Of a stretch of 64,000 bases of DNA, positions 1-10,033 are shown one piece after another (the stretch's first letter is position 1; every line of letters begins with the position of its first letter). This DNA is from an uncultured delta proteobacterium (GTDB lineage Bacteria > Myxococcota > Myxococcia > Myxococcales > Myxococcaceae): positions 3,104,001 through 3,168,000 of the forward strand of contig CAWCKH010000004.1 in the NCBI GenBank assembly GCA_963796055.1, given 5' to 3'. The notes below the pieces were generated by a model. That model made no database searches and was not told the origin of the DNA. It worked only from the letters and a program-made list of their open reading frames with translations. A program made the translations under genes and the position numbers.

Positions 1-876
1 GGACCGCTGGGCGGCAAGCTCGCCCCGGCGCCGGGCGAGGCCGGCAGGTCGTTGCTCGAGGCCGCCCTGGCCCGCGTCCCCGAGGTGGTCGAGGCCTACG
101 AGGCGCTCGACCTCCGCGCGGTCATCCGGACGACGGTGGAGGTCTCGCAGTCGGCGAACCAGTTCCTCCAGGCGCGGGCGCCGTGGGCGAAGGTGAAGAC
201 CGACCCCGAGGTGGCGCGGGCCGATCTCTCCGACGTGTCGGACGTGGTGGCGCTGCTGGCGACGTTCCTGACGCCCATCGTTCCCTCGCTGACCGAGAAG
301 CTCTTCGCCCAGCTGGGGACGGCGCCTCTGACCTTCGCCGACCTGGCGACGGCGCGGGTGCCACTGCTCCCGCGCGGCCGGGCGCTGGGGACCCCGGCTC
401 CGCTGCTGCCGCGGCTCGAGGAGGCGCAGGTGAACAGGCTCGTGCCGGCCGAGGAGCTCGCCCGCATGGCTGGGGAGTGGGCCCTGAAGCCCCGGACGCT
501 GGCACCCGCGCGCGAACCGGCACCCGCCCCGGCGGCGGAGGCGGAGCCCGGGGAGATCGACATCGACGCCTTCGCCCGGGTCGCGCTGCGGGTGGGCCAG
601 GTGCTGGCGGCCGAGCGGGTGCCCAAGGCGGACAAGCTCCTGAAGCTCACGGTGGACGTGGGCGAGGGCAGCCCCCGCACCGTGGTGGCGGGGATCGCCG
701 AGGCCTATGCGCCCGAGGCGCTGGTGGGACGGAAGGTGGTGGTGGTGGCGAACCTCAAGCCGCGCGCGCTCCGGGGCATCGAGTCGCGGGGCATGCTGCT
801 CGCGGCCGGGAGCGGTGGCGCGTCGTTGAAGCTCGTCGATCCCGGTGACCTTCCCCCCGGCAGCCCGGTGAAGTGA
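1..876 (+). CDS. metG: methionine--tRNA ligase, C-terminal part (anticodon-binding and tRNA-binding OB domain); 5'-truncated by the window edge
   Basis: ANQFLQARAPW helix bundle followed by IDIDAFARVALRVGQVLAAERVPKADKLLKLTVDVG...NLKPRALRGIESRGMLLAA, typical of the MetRS C-terminal domain. Confidence 0.93.
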   Translation, partial: GPLGGKLAPAPGEAGRSLLEAALARVPEVVEAYEALDLRAVIRTTVEVSQSANQFLQARAPWAKVKTDPEVARADLSDVSDVVALLATFLTPIVPSLTEKLFAQLGTAPLTFADLATARVPLLPRGRALGTPAPLLPRLEEAQVNRLVPAEELARMAGEWALKPRTLAPAREPAPAPAAEAEPGEIDIDAFARVALRVGQVLAAERVPKADKLLKLTVDVGEGSPRTVVAGIAEAYAPEALVGRKVVVVANLKPRALRGIESRGMLLAAGSGGASLKLVDPGDLPPGSPVK

Positions 877-1658
877 TGCGCCTGGTGGATGGGCACTGCC
901 ACCTCGAGCCGGACGACTACCCGGAGGTGGGCGAGGTCGTGGCCCGGATGGTGTCGGCGGGGGTGGTGCACGCGGTGGTGGTCGGTCAGTTTCAGGCGCC
1001 CGGTGACTTCGGGCACGCGGTCGCGATCGCCGCTGCGCATCCGGAGCGGCTGACCGCGACGCTGGGGATCCACCCCCACGAGGCGGCGCGGGCCACCGAG
1101 GCGGACTTCGCCTTCCTGGAGCGCGCGTGCGCCCGGCCCGGGGTGCACGCGGTGGGGGAGGCAGGGCTCGACTTCTATTACGACCGCTCACCGCGGGAGG
1201 TGCAGGACAGGGTGTTCCGGCGGCAGTGCGCGCTGTCGGTCGCGGTCGGCAAGCCGCTGGTGGTCCACGTCCGTGACGCGCACGTGGAATGTGCGGAGAT
1301 CCTCCGCGCCGAGCGCCCCACGGCGGGGGTCATCCACTGCTTCACCGGGGACCTCGCGGCGGCGCGGACGTACCTCGACCTCGGCTTCCACCTCTCCATC
1401 TCCGGGGTGGTGACCTACAAGAAGACCGAGGCCCTCGCCGAGGCGGTGCGGTTCGCCCCGCTGGAGCGGCTCCTGGTGGAGACGGACTCGCCGTACCTGG
1501 CGCCGGTTCCGTACCGGGGGAAGAAGAACCAGCCGGCCTACGTGGTCGAGACCGCCCGGCGGGTCGCCGAGCTGAAGGGCCTGCCCCTGGAGCAGCTCGC
1601 GGAGGCGACGAGCATCAACGCCGCGCGCGCGTACCGGTTCCAGCTGCCGGGTGCATGA
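876..1658 (+). CDS. tatD: TatD family hydrolase
   Basis: DGHCHL, GIHPH, VGEAGLDFYY, VHVRDA, HCFTG and ETDSPYLAP motifs; ATG overlaps the metG stop (TGATG); metG-tatD synteny. Confidence 0.93.
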   Translation: MRLVDGHCHLEPDDYPEVGEVVARMVSAGVVHAVVVGQFQAPGDFGHAVAIAAAHPERLTATLGIHPHEAARATEADFAFLERACARPGVHAVGEAGLDFYYDRSPREVQDRVFRRQCALSVAVGKPLVVHVRDAHVECAEILRAERPTAGVIHCFTGDLAAARTYLDLGFHLSISGVVTYKKTEALAEAVRFAPLERLLVETDSPYLAPVPYRGKKNQPAYVVETARRVAELKGLPLEQLAEATSINAARAYRFQLPGA

Positions 1659-1697
1659 GGCAGGGGCAGGCCGCCTCCGGGGAAGCGGGGTCGGCGC

Positions 1698-2810
1698 TCA
1701 GACCAGATAACCGGTGAAGAACAGCCGTCCCATCTCCTCGGCCAGCACCGCGAGCCAGACCAGCAGCGGCCCCAGCACCCAGACCGGCAGGTCGATCAAG
1801 AGGAGCAGCACCGGCAGCACCAGCGCGTCCGAGCGGTAGAGGCTCACGCCCCGGCCCACCACCAGCGGGAAGATCCAGGACACCAGCGCTGCCAGCCCCG
1901 CCCAGCACCGGACGGCACCCGCACGGCGGCGCATCGCCACCCCGCTCCCGAGCCCGAGCAGCACCAGCCCGGCGACGGTGAGCGTCTGGGCTCCGAGCGT
2001 TCTCGCCCGCGGGTCGGACGCGGGATCGAACGCCGGTCTGACCACCCCGAGGAACGCCTCCAGCGGCCGCGCCATCGCCGGGAAGCCCTTCCTGTGCACC
2101 CAGTAGAACGCATCCCAGCGCCCGAGCAGGAGCTGGTGCACCACCAGCACCAGCAGGAGCCCGCAGGCGGCGATGCCCCCGGCGACCACCGCCGGGCGGA
2201 GCGCGCGCGTCCGCAGCCACGCCGCCACTGCATTCGGGCCAGACACCAGCACGCCGGTGACGTAGGACAGCGCGACCCCTGCGCCGAACAGCCCGGCGAG
2301 CGCCCATCGCTCGCGCGCGATGCAGACCCCCACCAGCACCAGACACAACAACGCCAGCGAGGTGGGGAAGATTGCGTGCTGGTACACCGCGCCCGGGAAC
2401 GCCGCCGCCATTCCGAGTACCAGCCACCCGCGCGCCCCACGGGAGCGCAGGAACCCGTTCCACAGCGCCACCAGCATCCCCAGCGCGCCCAGCCCCGACA
2501 CCCAGACGCCTGCCGTGGCCGGCGCGACCCCGAGCGCGATCCACGGCCTCAGCATCCACGGGTACAGCGGAAACCATGCCGCGTTCCCGCAGACGTCCTC
2601 CGGTCGTCCGCCGATCCGTGCGCAGGAGAAGTACTCGTATCCCGTCGTGGCGATCGCCAGGTAGTGACCGCTGTCCCACCGGGACCAGCTCCCGGGCCGC
2701 CCGGCGTCGAACCCGACCGCCGCCGCGGCCTCCCGGAACAGGAGTCGAACGGCGATGAACACGGCGAGCGGCGGGAGAAGTGCCGCGCTCGCCCGCAGCG
2801 CTCGATTCAC
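1698..2810 (-). CDS. GT-C type membrane glycosyltransferase (mannosyltransferase/PIG-V-like)
   Basis: C-terminal half of ORF 1698..3839 is multi-TM with RWDSGHYLAIA and AWFPLYP motifs; GTG start at 2810 overlaps the upstream stop (GTGA). Confidence 0.7.
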   Translation of the reverse strand: MNRALRASAALLPPLAVFIAVRLLFREAAAAVGFDAGRPGSWSRWDSGHYLAIATTGYEYFSCARIGGRPEDVCGNAAWFPLYPWMLRPWIALGVAPATAGVWVSGLGALGMLVALWNGFLRSRGARGWLVLGMAAAFPGAVYQHAIFPTSLALLCLVLVGVCIARERWALAGLFGAGVALSYVTGVLVSGPNAVAAWLRTRALRPAVVAGGIAACGLLLVLVVHQLLLGRWDAFYWVHRKGFPAMARPLEAFLGVVRPAFDPASDPRARTLGAQTLTVAGLVLLGLGSGVAMRRRAGAVRCWAGLAALVSWIFPLVVGRGVSLYRSDALVLPVLLLLIDLPVWVLGPLLVWLAVLAEEMGRLFFTGYLV

Positions 2811-4729
2811 GCGGGCTCGAGCGCCCGCACCACCAGCTCGAGGTCCGTGTCCAGGTGGGGCAGCTCCATCAGGAGGGCGTCCGGATCGTAGACGAACTCC
2901 GTCGCCCGGGCCCGGAGGATCTGCGTCAACGCCTCCTCGCCACGGCCCTCGTCGGCTCCAGCCCACACCACCCGCCCGCGCTCGAACTGGAGCAGTCCCT
3001 CGGTCCCGTCGGCGCGGAGCACGAGGCGCCCCGACTTGCGTCCACTCCCCAGGATGCGGAGGACGTCCCGGGGCGGCAGCTCGTCGGCGGTGCCCTGGAC
3101 GATGCGCGCCGGCGCCCCCCGATCGATCCTCTCCCGGAGGGCCTCGACGACGCGGGCGGCGAGGTCGGGCGGCTCGTCCATCCCCAGCAGCGCGCTGACC
3201 CCGGACTGGAGCAGCCGCTCCGAGCCGGCCTCGTCCACCGGCCCAGTGACGAGGAGCGGCGTCCCTGCGAGTCGCGGATCGGATCGCAGCTGCACCGCCG
3301 CGTCCGCCAGCTCGGGGAGGCCGAGCGCCACCGAGAACAGCCACAGGTCCGTCCCCGGGGCTGCCTCCACCGCCCCGTCCAGTGTGCTGGTGGCGTGCAC
3401 CACCAGCCCCTTCCTCCCCAGCGCGTGCACCACTGCGTCGCGGCGTGCTGGCTCCGGGTCGGCGACCAGGACCTGCCGTCCGTCGCTCTCCAGCCGCCGG
3501 CGCAGCAGCTCGCCCGAGTGGAGCAGCTCGAGCATCTCCACCACCCGGGGGTCGAACAGCTTTCCGGCCTGCTCGGCCATGTAGCTGAGCGCCTGCTCGC
3601 GGGTGAAGAGCCGGCCGAAGCCGTTCCCCGGGTTCCGGGTGAGGTCCAGCCAGCTGTCCACCGCGGCGAGGATCCGCGCCCCGACGGCGATGTCCTCGCC
3701 GTGCGCGCCCTGCGGCGTCCCCGAGCCGTCCCAGGCCTCGTAGAGCTGGGCCAGGGTCGCGCCGACCTGCGCGGGGAGGTGCACCGACTCGAACATGTGC
3801 ACCGGCGCCAGCGCCAGCTTCTTGGCCTCGGCCTTCCACTCGGGGTTTCGCGCGGTGCCGGCCAGGGTGAGGTGCACCGCTCCCTTGCCCAGGTCGTGGA
3901 GGAACGCAGCCAGAGCCACGCAGGTGACCTCGCGGCCCGGAAGCGCCAGGCGCATCGCCACCAGAGAGGCCTGACGGGCCAGCTGTGCCGAGTGGCCCCG
4001 CATCTCCCCGCGGCTCCGCTCGAGCTGGTCCACCAGCACCCGGAGGGTTTCCAGATAATCGTTCTGGTCCACGGCGCCGCGGCCAGCGACCAGCCCGCTC
4101 TCGCCGGTGGTGGGGCGGCTGCTCCGGCCGGCCGGTGTGCGGGCCTGGCTGCTCTCGCCTCGAAGCCGCAGCGGGACGGGCGGAACCTGCCGGCTGCTGC
4201 CGGCCGACTCGTACGCTGCGGCGATGCCCGCGAGGTCGGCCCGGCTCGCCCGCGGCCCGGTGGTGAGCGAGGCGAAGGCGGTGTTGTCGGCGTAGTAGTG
4301 CTTCTGGATGCCGGCGCGCACCACGCTGCGCAGCGCGATGTACGCGTAGACCTCGTCCACGTCGGCGATCGAGGCCACGTCCCGCAGGAGCTTCTCGTTC
4401 TGGGGCTCGGCGGCGACGATGGAGAGGATGCGTCGCTCGTCGTCCACCGCCAGCGGCAGGAAGTGGTGGGCCTCGGCGAGGCGGACGGGGACCCTGTCCA
4501 GCAGCTCGCTGGGGATCTGCGCCCGGGAGAGCTTCTCCGCCGAGACGTAGCGGGTCTTCAGCTCCGAGGCGAGGAAGCGCAGGAGCGCGGCCTCACCGAG
4601 CAGCCCCATCTCCACCAGCGAGTCACCGAGTCGGTGGCCGGTCAGGCGCTGCTGCTCCAGCGCTTGCTCCACGGCCTCGCGCGACACCAGGCCGGCGGCG
4701 ACGAGGCGATCTCCGAGCTTCGGGCTCAT
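2807..4729 (-). CDS. MshEN (GSPII_N) + degenerate HD-GYP + receiver-like + DUF4388 signalling protein
   Basis: Tandem (K/R)LGxxLVxxG MshEN motifs at the N-terminus; LHDLGK, EAWDGSGTPQG and GARILAAVD; C-terminal DUF4388-like segment (LGSGRKSGRLVL...FERGRVVWA). Confidence 0.8.
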   Translation of the reverse strand: MSPKLGDRLVAAGLVSREAVEQALEQQRLTGHRLGDSLVEMGLLGEAALLRFLASELKTRYVSAEKLSRAQIPSELLDRVPVRLAEAHHFLPLAVDDERRILSIVAAEPQNEKLLRDVASIADVDEVYAYIALRSVVRAGIQKHYYADNTAFASLTTGPRASRADLAGIAAAYESAGSSRQVPPVPLRLRGESSQARTPAGRSSRPTTGESGLVAGRGAVDQNDYLETLRVLVDQLERSRGEMRGHSAQLARQASLVAMRLALPGREVTCVALAAFLHDLGKGAVHLTLAGTARNPEWKAEAKKLALAPVHMFESVHLPAQVGATLAQLYEAWDGSGTPQGAHGEDIAVGARILAAVDSWLDLTRNPGNGFGRLFTREQALSYMAEQAGKLFDPRVVEMLELLHSGELLRRRLESDGRQVLVADPEPARRDAVVHALGRKGLVVHATSTLDGAVEAAPGTDLWLFSVALGLPELADAAVQLRSDPRLAGTPLLVTGPVDEAGSERLLQSGVSALLGMDEPPDLAARVVEALRERIDRGAPARIVQGTADELPPRDVLRILGSGRKSGRLVLRADGTEGLLQFERGRVVWAGADEGRGEEALTQILRARATEFVYDPDALLMELPHLDTDLELVVRALEPA

Positions 4730-4794
4730 CCTTGATTGTCAGGGATTCTGCCGGATCCAGCCCGAAGGAAGAATTGCCGCCCCCCTGGTTTCTT

Positions 4795-6111
4795 TCACCC
4801 ATCCGGAGGTCGTTCCGACACGGGGGTCTCGGCCGACTCGGACGGTGGGGCCTGGCTCGTGGGTGGGGCGGTCTCTCCAGTGAGGGTCTCGAGGGGCTTG
4901 AAGCTCAGCTTGGCCCCGGTGGCCGGCGGCGGCGTCGTCGACGGAGCGGGTCCGCGCTGCCGCTTGCGCTTCTCGGTGCGCCGCCCCCGTCCCTCCACCG
5001 GCGAGCGCCCGCGGGCGGTGGGCGCCGGGCCCTTCCAGAGGTGCCGGTCGTAGAGCTTGGTCTGCTCGGTCCAGGTCTCGCCCGGATCACGGGCCATGAG
5101 ATCGAGCCAGCTGTCGATGCGCGAGTCGAGCGAGTCGATGGCATGGACCACGAACGCCTCGAGGGTCATCGGCACCTTGGGCGAGCCGTACTCGAGCTGC
5201 CCATGGTGGGCGAGGACCCCGTGCGTGAGGTGGGCCTCGAGCAGCGGCGGGAAGTCCGGGATGCGGGCGGCCTTCGCGCGAATGTCCTGCGCGGTGAGGA
5301 CGATGTGCCCGACCAGCCGACCCTCGTCGGTGTAGCGGGTGTTGCCGCCGTCCCAGGCGAGCTCGTGCACCTTGCCGATGTCGTGGAGCAGCGCCCCGGC
5401 GACCACCAGATCTCGATCCAGCATCGGGTAGTGATCCGCCACGCGATGGCCCAGGCGCATGACCGAGAGGATGTGCTCGGCGAGACCGCCGCGGTGTGCG
5501 TGGTGGATCCCCTTGGCCGCCGGGGCTGCAGGGAGCCGCTGGGCGACCACCGGATCGTCGAGGAAGGCGAGGAGGAGCGCCTTCACGTGCGGATCGCCCA
5601 CCCGCTCCACCAGCTCGCGGATCTGCCCCACCGCGCGGGCACCGTCCGCCGTCGGCCGGGGCGATTCGTGCCCGGGCCGCGTGGGGGCGGGAGCGGCGGG
5701 GTGGGCCGTGCTCGCGGCCGGGGGGCTCGGGGGCGGAGGAGGCGGTGGGGGAACCTCGAACTCCGCCGGGTCGATCGGCTCGGGGTCGAGCCGGTCCACG
5801 TGCTCGAGGAGGATCTGCGGCTTGCCCTGGAAATGGGTCACGTGACCGCGAACCAGGACCAGATCTCCGGCCTGGAACGTGGGCTCGACCGCGTCGACCT
5901 GGTCGAACACCCGGGCGTCCACCTCGCCGGTCCGGTCCCCGAGGCCCACCACCAGGAAGGCCTTTCCGCTCCGGGCGGTGGCGCGCGCCTTCCGGGTGAC
6001 CTTGAACACGGTGTGGACCGGCTGCTTGTCGCGCAGGTCGCGCACGTAGACCTTGCGCACCACCTCGTCGCCGGGTGCTGTCTCGCTGGAGCTCACGTCG
6101 TTCGGGGTCAC
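4795..6111 (-). CDS. YhaM/Cbf1 family 3'-5' exoribonuclease (OB fold + HD domain)
   Basis: LGDRTGEVDAR OB fold, PAAKGIHHAHRGGLAEH, LLHDIGK, HHGQLEYGSPKVP; start inferred at GTG 6111. Confidence 0.85.
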   Translation of the reverse strand: MTPNDVSSSETAPGDEVVRKVYVRDLRDKQPVHTVFKVTRKARATARSGKAFLVVGLGDRTGEVDARVFDQVDAVEPTFQAGDLVLVRGHVTHFQGKPQILLEHVDRLDPEPIDPAEFEVPPPPPPPPSPPAASTAHPAAPAPTRPGHESPRPTADGARAVGQIRELVERVGDPHVKALLLAFLDDPVVAQRLPAAPAAKGIHHAHRGGLAEHILSVMRLGHRVADHYPMLDRDLVVAGALLHDIGKVHELAWDGGNTRYTDEGRLVGHIVLTAQDIRAKAARIPDFPPLLEAHLTHGVLAHHGQLEYGSPKVPMTLEAFVVHAIDSLDSRIDSWLDLMARDPGETWTEQTKLYDRHLWKGPAPTARGRSPVEGRGRRTEKRKRQRGPAPSTTPPPATGAKLSFKPLETLTGETAPPTSQAPPSESAETPVSERPPDG

Positions 6112-6174
6112 GGGAGGGCGGACCCTACCAGACCCGTGCGCACCGGGGGTCTGGCGAGTTAGGAAGTCCGGAGG

Positions 6175-6900
6175 TTGATCCTCCCGCTCCGCGACAGCGT
6201 CCGGTCGAGCACCGCACCCGTGGTGGTGTGGGGGCTCATCGTCGTCAACGTGCTGGTGTTTCTCCACGAGCTGAGCCTGGGCAGACAGCTCGACGCCTTC
6301 ATCGAGGTGTTCGGTTTCATCCCGCTGCGCTTCTTCGGTTGGGAGCAGGCGGGCGGTGCGTCGCTCGATCCCTGGCGCTTCGTGCCCCTGCTCACCGCGA
6401 ACTTCCTGCACGGTGGCTGGCTCCACATCCTCGGCAACATGTGGTTCCTGGGCGTCTTCGGCGACAACGTCGAGGACGCGTTCGGCCACCTCCGCTTCCT
6501 CTTCTTCTATCTGTTCTGCGGCGCCTGCTCGATGCTGATCCAGGGCCTGGTGCTCCCCACGTCCAGCGTCCCGGCCCTGGGCGCCTCGGGCGCGATCGCC
6601 GGCGTGCTCGGGGCCTATCTGGTGCTCTACCCCGGAGCCCGGGTGCTGACCCTGGTCGTCATCTTCCCCGTCGAGCTGCCCGCGGTGGTCCTGCTCGGGC
6701 TGTGGTTCGTCAGCCAGCTCCTGAACGGATCCGCCTCACTGTCCCCGGGGGCAGGGGCTGCGGCGGCCGGAGTCGCCTGGTGGGCGCACGTCGGTGGGTT
6801 CGTGGTGGGGATGGCCCTGGCGGTGTTGCTGAGGAAGGACCGGGGGCCACGGCCACAGCGCGACTGGACGACCCGCCCGCCGCGCGGGCTGTGGACATAA
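6175..6900 (+). CDS. rhomboid family intramembrane serine protease
   Basis: FLHGGWLHILGNMWFL, GASGAIAG catalytic Ser, AWWAHVGG catalytic His. Confidence 0.92.
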   Translation: MILPLRDSVRSSTAPVVVWGLIVVNVLVFLHELSLGRQLDAFIEVFGFIPLRFFGWEQAGGASLDPWRFVPLLTANFLHGGWLHILGNMWFLGVFGDNVEDAFGHLRFLFFYLFCGACSMLIQGLVLPTSSVPALGASGAIAGVLGAYLVLYPGARVLTLVVIFPVELPAVVLLGLWFVSQLLNGSASLSPGAGAAAAGVAWWAHVGGFVVGMALAVLLRKDRGPRPQRDWTTRPPRGLWT

Positions 6901-6925
6901 GTCAAGGCGCCGCAGTCGCGGGTTG

Positions 6926-7555
6926 TCAGCGGCGCCACTCGAGCGGGATCGCTTCGCGGGCCGCGGCGCGCTCCAGGTCCTGCAGCTCCTCCCGCGCCGC
7001 CCCGAGGGCGTACTCATCCTCCTCGAGCTGGACCTTGAGGGAGGTGTAGCGGCTGTCCACCACCACGTTCCCCGCGTAGTCGTAGGAGGTGAGGTCCTGA
7101 CCCGGGAGCTTCGCCAGCGCCTCGCGGGTCCGCTGCGTCTTGCGCTCGGCCCGCTTCACCTTCTCGTTGGCCTTGCGAAACATCGTCCGCCACTGCTCCT
7201 CGGTGACCTTCTCGTCCTCGCGGGGAGCCCGGATCGTCTCCTCGATCGGCTGGGGCGGTGGAGGCTGCGGATCGGCAGGGGGCCTCTTCCCCTCCGGGGG
7301 TTCCGGCTCGCCCGGCTTGGCCCCCGGGCGGTCGACCTCGACGCCGGGGATCGCGCTGCGCGGGGCGACGGCGTCCGGGGTTCCGCCCTCGAGCTTCCGG
7401 ACGGTGCGCCGGGCCTTCTCCGGGATACTGGCGATGTCGTTGGTGTAGTGCGCCTCGCCCGAGGAGTCGGTCCAGACGTACACGTCGTCGGCGTGCGCGG
7501 TCGCGGCGTGCAGCACCAGCGCCAGCGCGGCGGAGCGGAGGAGACGGCGGCTCAT
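6926..7555 (-). CDS. secreted DUF4124 domain protein
   Basis: Signal peptide followed by VYVWTDSSGEAHYTND, a Pro-rich linker and a coiled coil ending IPLEWRR. Confidence 0.8.
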   Translation of the reverse strand: MSRRLLRSAALALVLHAATAHADDVYVWTDSSGEAHYTNDIASIPEKARRTVRKLEGGTPDAVAPRSAIPGVEVDRPGAKPGEPEPPEGKRPPADPQPPPPQPIEETIRAPREDEKVTEEQWRTMFRKANEKVKRAERKTQRTREALAKLPGQDLTSYDYAGNVVVDSRYTSLKVQLEEDEYALGAAREELQDLERAAAREAIPLEWRR

Positions 7556-7938
7556 CGACGGCGGGAGTCTACCCGGTTCGACGAGCGCACCCGCGCCGCC
7601 CGGAGCGCCAGCCGGGTCGACAGCCACACCGCGACCAGGAGGGCGACACCCACCACCCAGTAGCTCCAGCCGGAGAAGATGCCGGTGACCGCCACCAGCG
7701 CCGAGGCGAGCGTCGCCCCCAGCTCGAGGCCACCGAGGACGCTGCCCGGCCGGAGCCCGGCGGCGGGCCGGACGTGGGCCTTCAGCGCCGAGTGCTCCGC
7801 CACCCGGACCCAGGCGGTCTGCCCGGGGACGAGCAGCTCGTCCTCGCCACCGACCAGCCCGTGGCGGAGCGCGTTGGCGATCTCGTACAGCGAGGCGAAC
7901 TCCAGCTCGCCCTCCGGAGTGCGGATGCGGTAGCTCAC
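7552..7938 (-). CDS. small membrane protein (hypothetical)
   Basis: GTG 7938 coupled to the upstream stop; SYRIRTPEGELEFASL... followed by two TM helices. Confidence 0.65.
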   Translation of the reverse strand: MSYRIRTPEGELEFASLYEIANALRHGLVGGEDELLVPGQTAWVRVAEHSALKAHVRPAAGLRPGSVLGGLELGATLASALVAVTGIFSGWSYWVVGVALLVAVWLSTRLALRAARVRSSNRVDSRRR

Positions 7939-9536
7939 CCGAGCTCCTTCGCAATCTGCTCGGCGATGCGCAGCCCATCGATGGCGGAGCTCACGATGCC
8001 CCCGGCATACCCGCATCCCTCGCCCGAGGGGTAGAGGCCACCTACCGACACCGATTGCAGACGTTCGTCCCGGGGCAGCCGCACCGGGGAGCTGGTGCGG
8101 CTCTCGATGCCGATGAGCTTGCCCTCGGCGCTGACGAAGCCGCGCATCTTCTGGTCGAACCGGCGGAGCGCCGCCTTGATGGCGAGGGTCAGCTCGGGGG
8201 GGAAGAGCACGTTCAGGTCGGCGTGGGTGAGCCCGGGGCGGTAGCTCGTCGCGCCGGGCGGGGTTCCCTTCCGGCCGGCGAGGTAGTCGGGGATGGTCTG
8301 CGCCGGGGCGAAGAAGCGACCCCCGCCGAGCCGGTACGCCTGCTGCTCCCAGTGCCGCTGGAACTCCAGCCCGGCGAGCGGTCCGTGGAACCCGGCGCGG
8401 GCGAAGTCGGCAGGGGAGACCGAGACCACGATGCCGGCGTTGGCGAACCGGGCGTTGCGGCGGCTGTTGCTCATCCCGTTGGTGCACTGCAGCCCCTCCT
8501 CGGTGGGCGTGGGCACCACGAGGCCGCCCGGGCACATGCAGAAGGAGTAGACGCCGCGCATCTCCCCGCCGGCCTCGAAGTTCTCGGCCAGCTTGTAGTC
8601 GGCCGGGGGCAGCTCCGGATGCTGCGATGCGGCGCCGTACTGGATGGCGTCGATGAGGCCCTGCGGGTGCTCGGCACGAAAGCCGATGGCGAACGGCTTG
8701 GGCTCGATGGCCACCCGGTTGTCCCGGGCGAAGCGCTCGAAGAGCTCGCGGGCGCTGTTCCCCGGCGCGAGCACCACCCGGTCGCTGTCGAGCCGCGTGC
8801 CGTCGTGCAGGAGGACGCCGGCCGCCCGGCCCTCGGTGGAGAGCACGTCCTCCACCCGGGTCTCGAACCGGACCTCGCACCCGGCGGCGACCAGCTCGTC
8901 GCGGAGCCGGGCCACGGCGAAGGGCAGGAGGTCCGAGCCGATGTGCGGCTTGCCGTCCACCAGGATGCGCTCCGGCGCGCCGTAGCGGGCGAAGGTCTCG
9001 ATCACCTTGCGGACCAGCGGGTGGTTGATGCGGGTGCTGAGCTTTCCGTCGGTGTAGGCGCCCGCGCCGCCCTCGCCGAAGTTCATGTTGCTCTCGGGGT
9101 CGAGGCTCCCGTCGCGCATCAGGCGCGCCACGTCCTTGCGCCGCTGCACCACCTCGCGACCGCGCTCGAGGAGGACGGAGGGGACGCCGCGCTCGAGCAG
9201 CCCCAGCGCGCAGAACAGGCCCGCCGGACCCGTGCCCACGATGATCGGTCGGCGCTCGGGGGGTCGGACCTTCACCGGAGGGGGAGGGTCGGGCTCGGTC
9301 TCGGTCACTCCCGCCGGGAGCCGGACCGGCGCCCGGCCCTCGACGAACGTCACCTCGATGGTGTGGATGAACCGCGGTGCCCCCTTCTTCCGGGCATCGA
9401 GCACCGAGCGAACGGCCCGGACGGTGGCCAGGTCCTCGGGGCGGACGCCGAGCGACTCGGCCGCCCGGCGGCGAAGAAGCGTCTCCGGCTCGCCGAGCCA
9501 GAGCGGAACGTTGTGAATCCTGTAGGACAAGCCCAT
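7935..9536 (-). CDS. NAD(P)/FAD-dependent oxidoreductase (COG2509-like)
   Basis: IVGTGPAGLF dinucleotide fold, FGEGGAGAYTDGKL, FCMCPGG, GEGCGYAGGIVSSAIDG. Confidence 0.88.
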   Translation of the reverse strand: MGLSYRIHNVPLWLGEPETLLRRRAAESLGVRPEDLATVRAVRSVLDARKKGAPRFIHTIEVTFVEGRAPVRLPAGVTETEPDPPPPVKVRPPERRPIIVGTGPAGLFCALGLLERGVPSVLLERGREVVQRRKDVARLMRDGSLDPESNMNFGEGGAGAYTDGKLSTRINHPLVRKVIETFARYGAPERILVDGKPHIGSDLLPFAVARLRDELVAAGCEVRFETRVEDVLSTEGRAAGVLLHDGTRLDSDRVVLAPGNSARELFERFARDNRVAIEPKPFAIGFRAEHPQGLIDAIQYGAASQHPELPPADYKLAENFEAGGEMRGVYSFCMCPGGLVVPTPTEEGLQCTNGMSNSRRNARFANAGIVVSVSPADFARAGFHGPLAGLEFQRHWEQQAYRLGGGRFFAPAQTIPDYLAGRKGTPPGATSYRPGLTHADLNVLFPPELTLAIKAALRRFDQKMRGFVSAEGKLIGIESRTSSPVRLPRDERLQSVSVGGLYPSGEGCGYAGGIVSSAIDGLRIAEQIAKELG

Positions 9537-9680
9537 GGTGTTAGAGGCGAAGGTGGGTGGAAGCAATCCTCTGGGGTCCGGCGCACCCGGTTGGCAGTGC
9601 GCAGCGTCCTTCGCACCCCCGCGGCCCTGGTTCCGCGCACCTTTTGCGTGTTTCCAAGTGGTTACAATGATGGCCCACGG

Positions 9681-9696
9681 TGGCACGGGTGTGGCA
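9681..9696 (+). promoter_or_regulatory. putative sigma54 (-24/-12) promoter
   Basis: TGGCACG-GGTG-TGGCA: exact GG-N10-GC spacing, one mismatch to TGGCACG-N4-TTGCW, 15 nt before GTG 9711. Confidence 0.5.
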
Positions 9697-9710
9697 GCCT
9701 GCATTCGCCC

Positions 9711-9908
9711 GTGAGCACAGACGCCAAGGCCACCAAGATCCTCGCCAGGACGTTCTTCAACCAGCTGCGTTCGAGCGGTTACACCCCGACGCAGGTGATT
9801 GCAGTGGCGACGGAGTTGATCGACCTCGTCGCCACGGACATCCGGGATGCAGACAAGGCCCCGGTTGCCCCCTCGACAACTTCGGAGGAGAGCCGCCTGG
9901 CCGGCTAG
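9711..9908 (+). CDS. small (65 aa) helical protein, hypothetical
   Basis: MSTDAKATKILARTFFNQLRSSGYTPTQVIAVATELIDLV...; the plausibly coding end of shadow ORF 8055..9908; recalled as a myxobacterial conserved hypothetical (unverified). Confidence 0.65.
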   Translation: MSTDAKATKILARTFFNQLRSSGYTPTQVIAVATELIDLVATDIRDADKAPVAPSTTSEESRLAG

Positions 9909-10033
9909 ACATCGGCGGGTGGTGCGTTAAGCTTTTGAAGGTTTCCCTCGACCGGACGCGCGCGTTCCGGACCGGTTCCGGGGCATAGGCCCGGGCGAGA
10001 GGAAGCAGTTTTTGGAAGGTGACCCTGCAGCCG

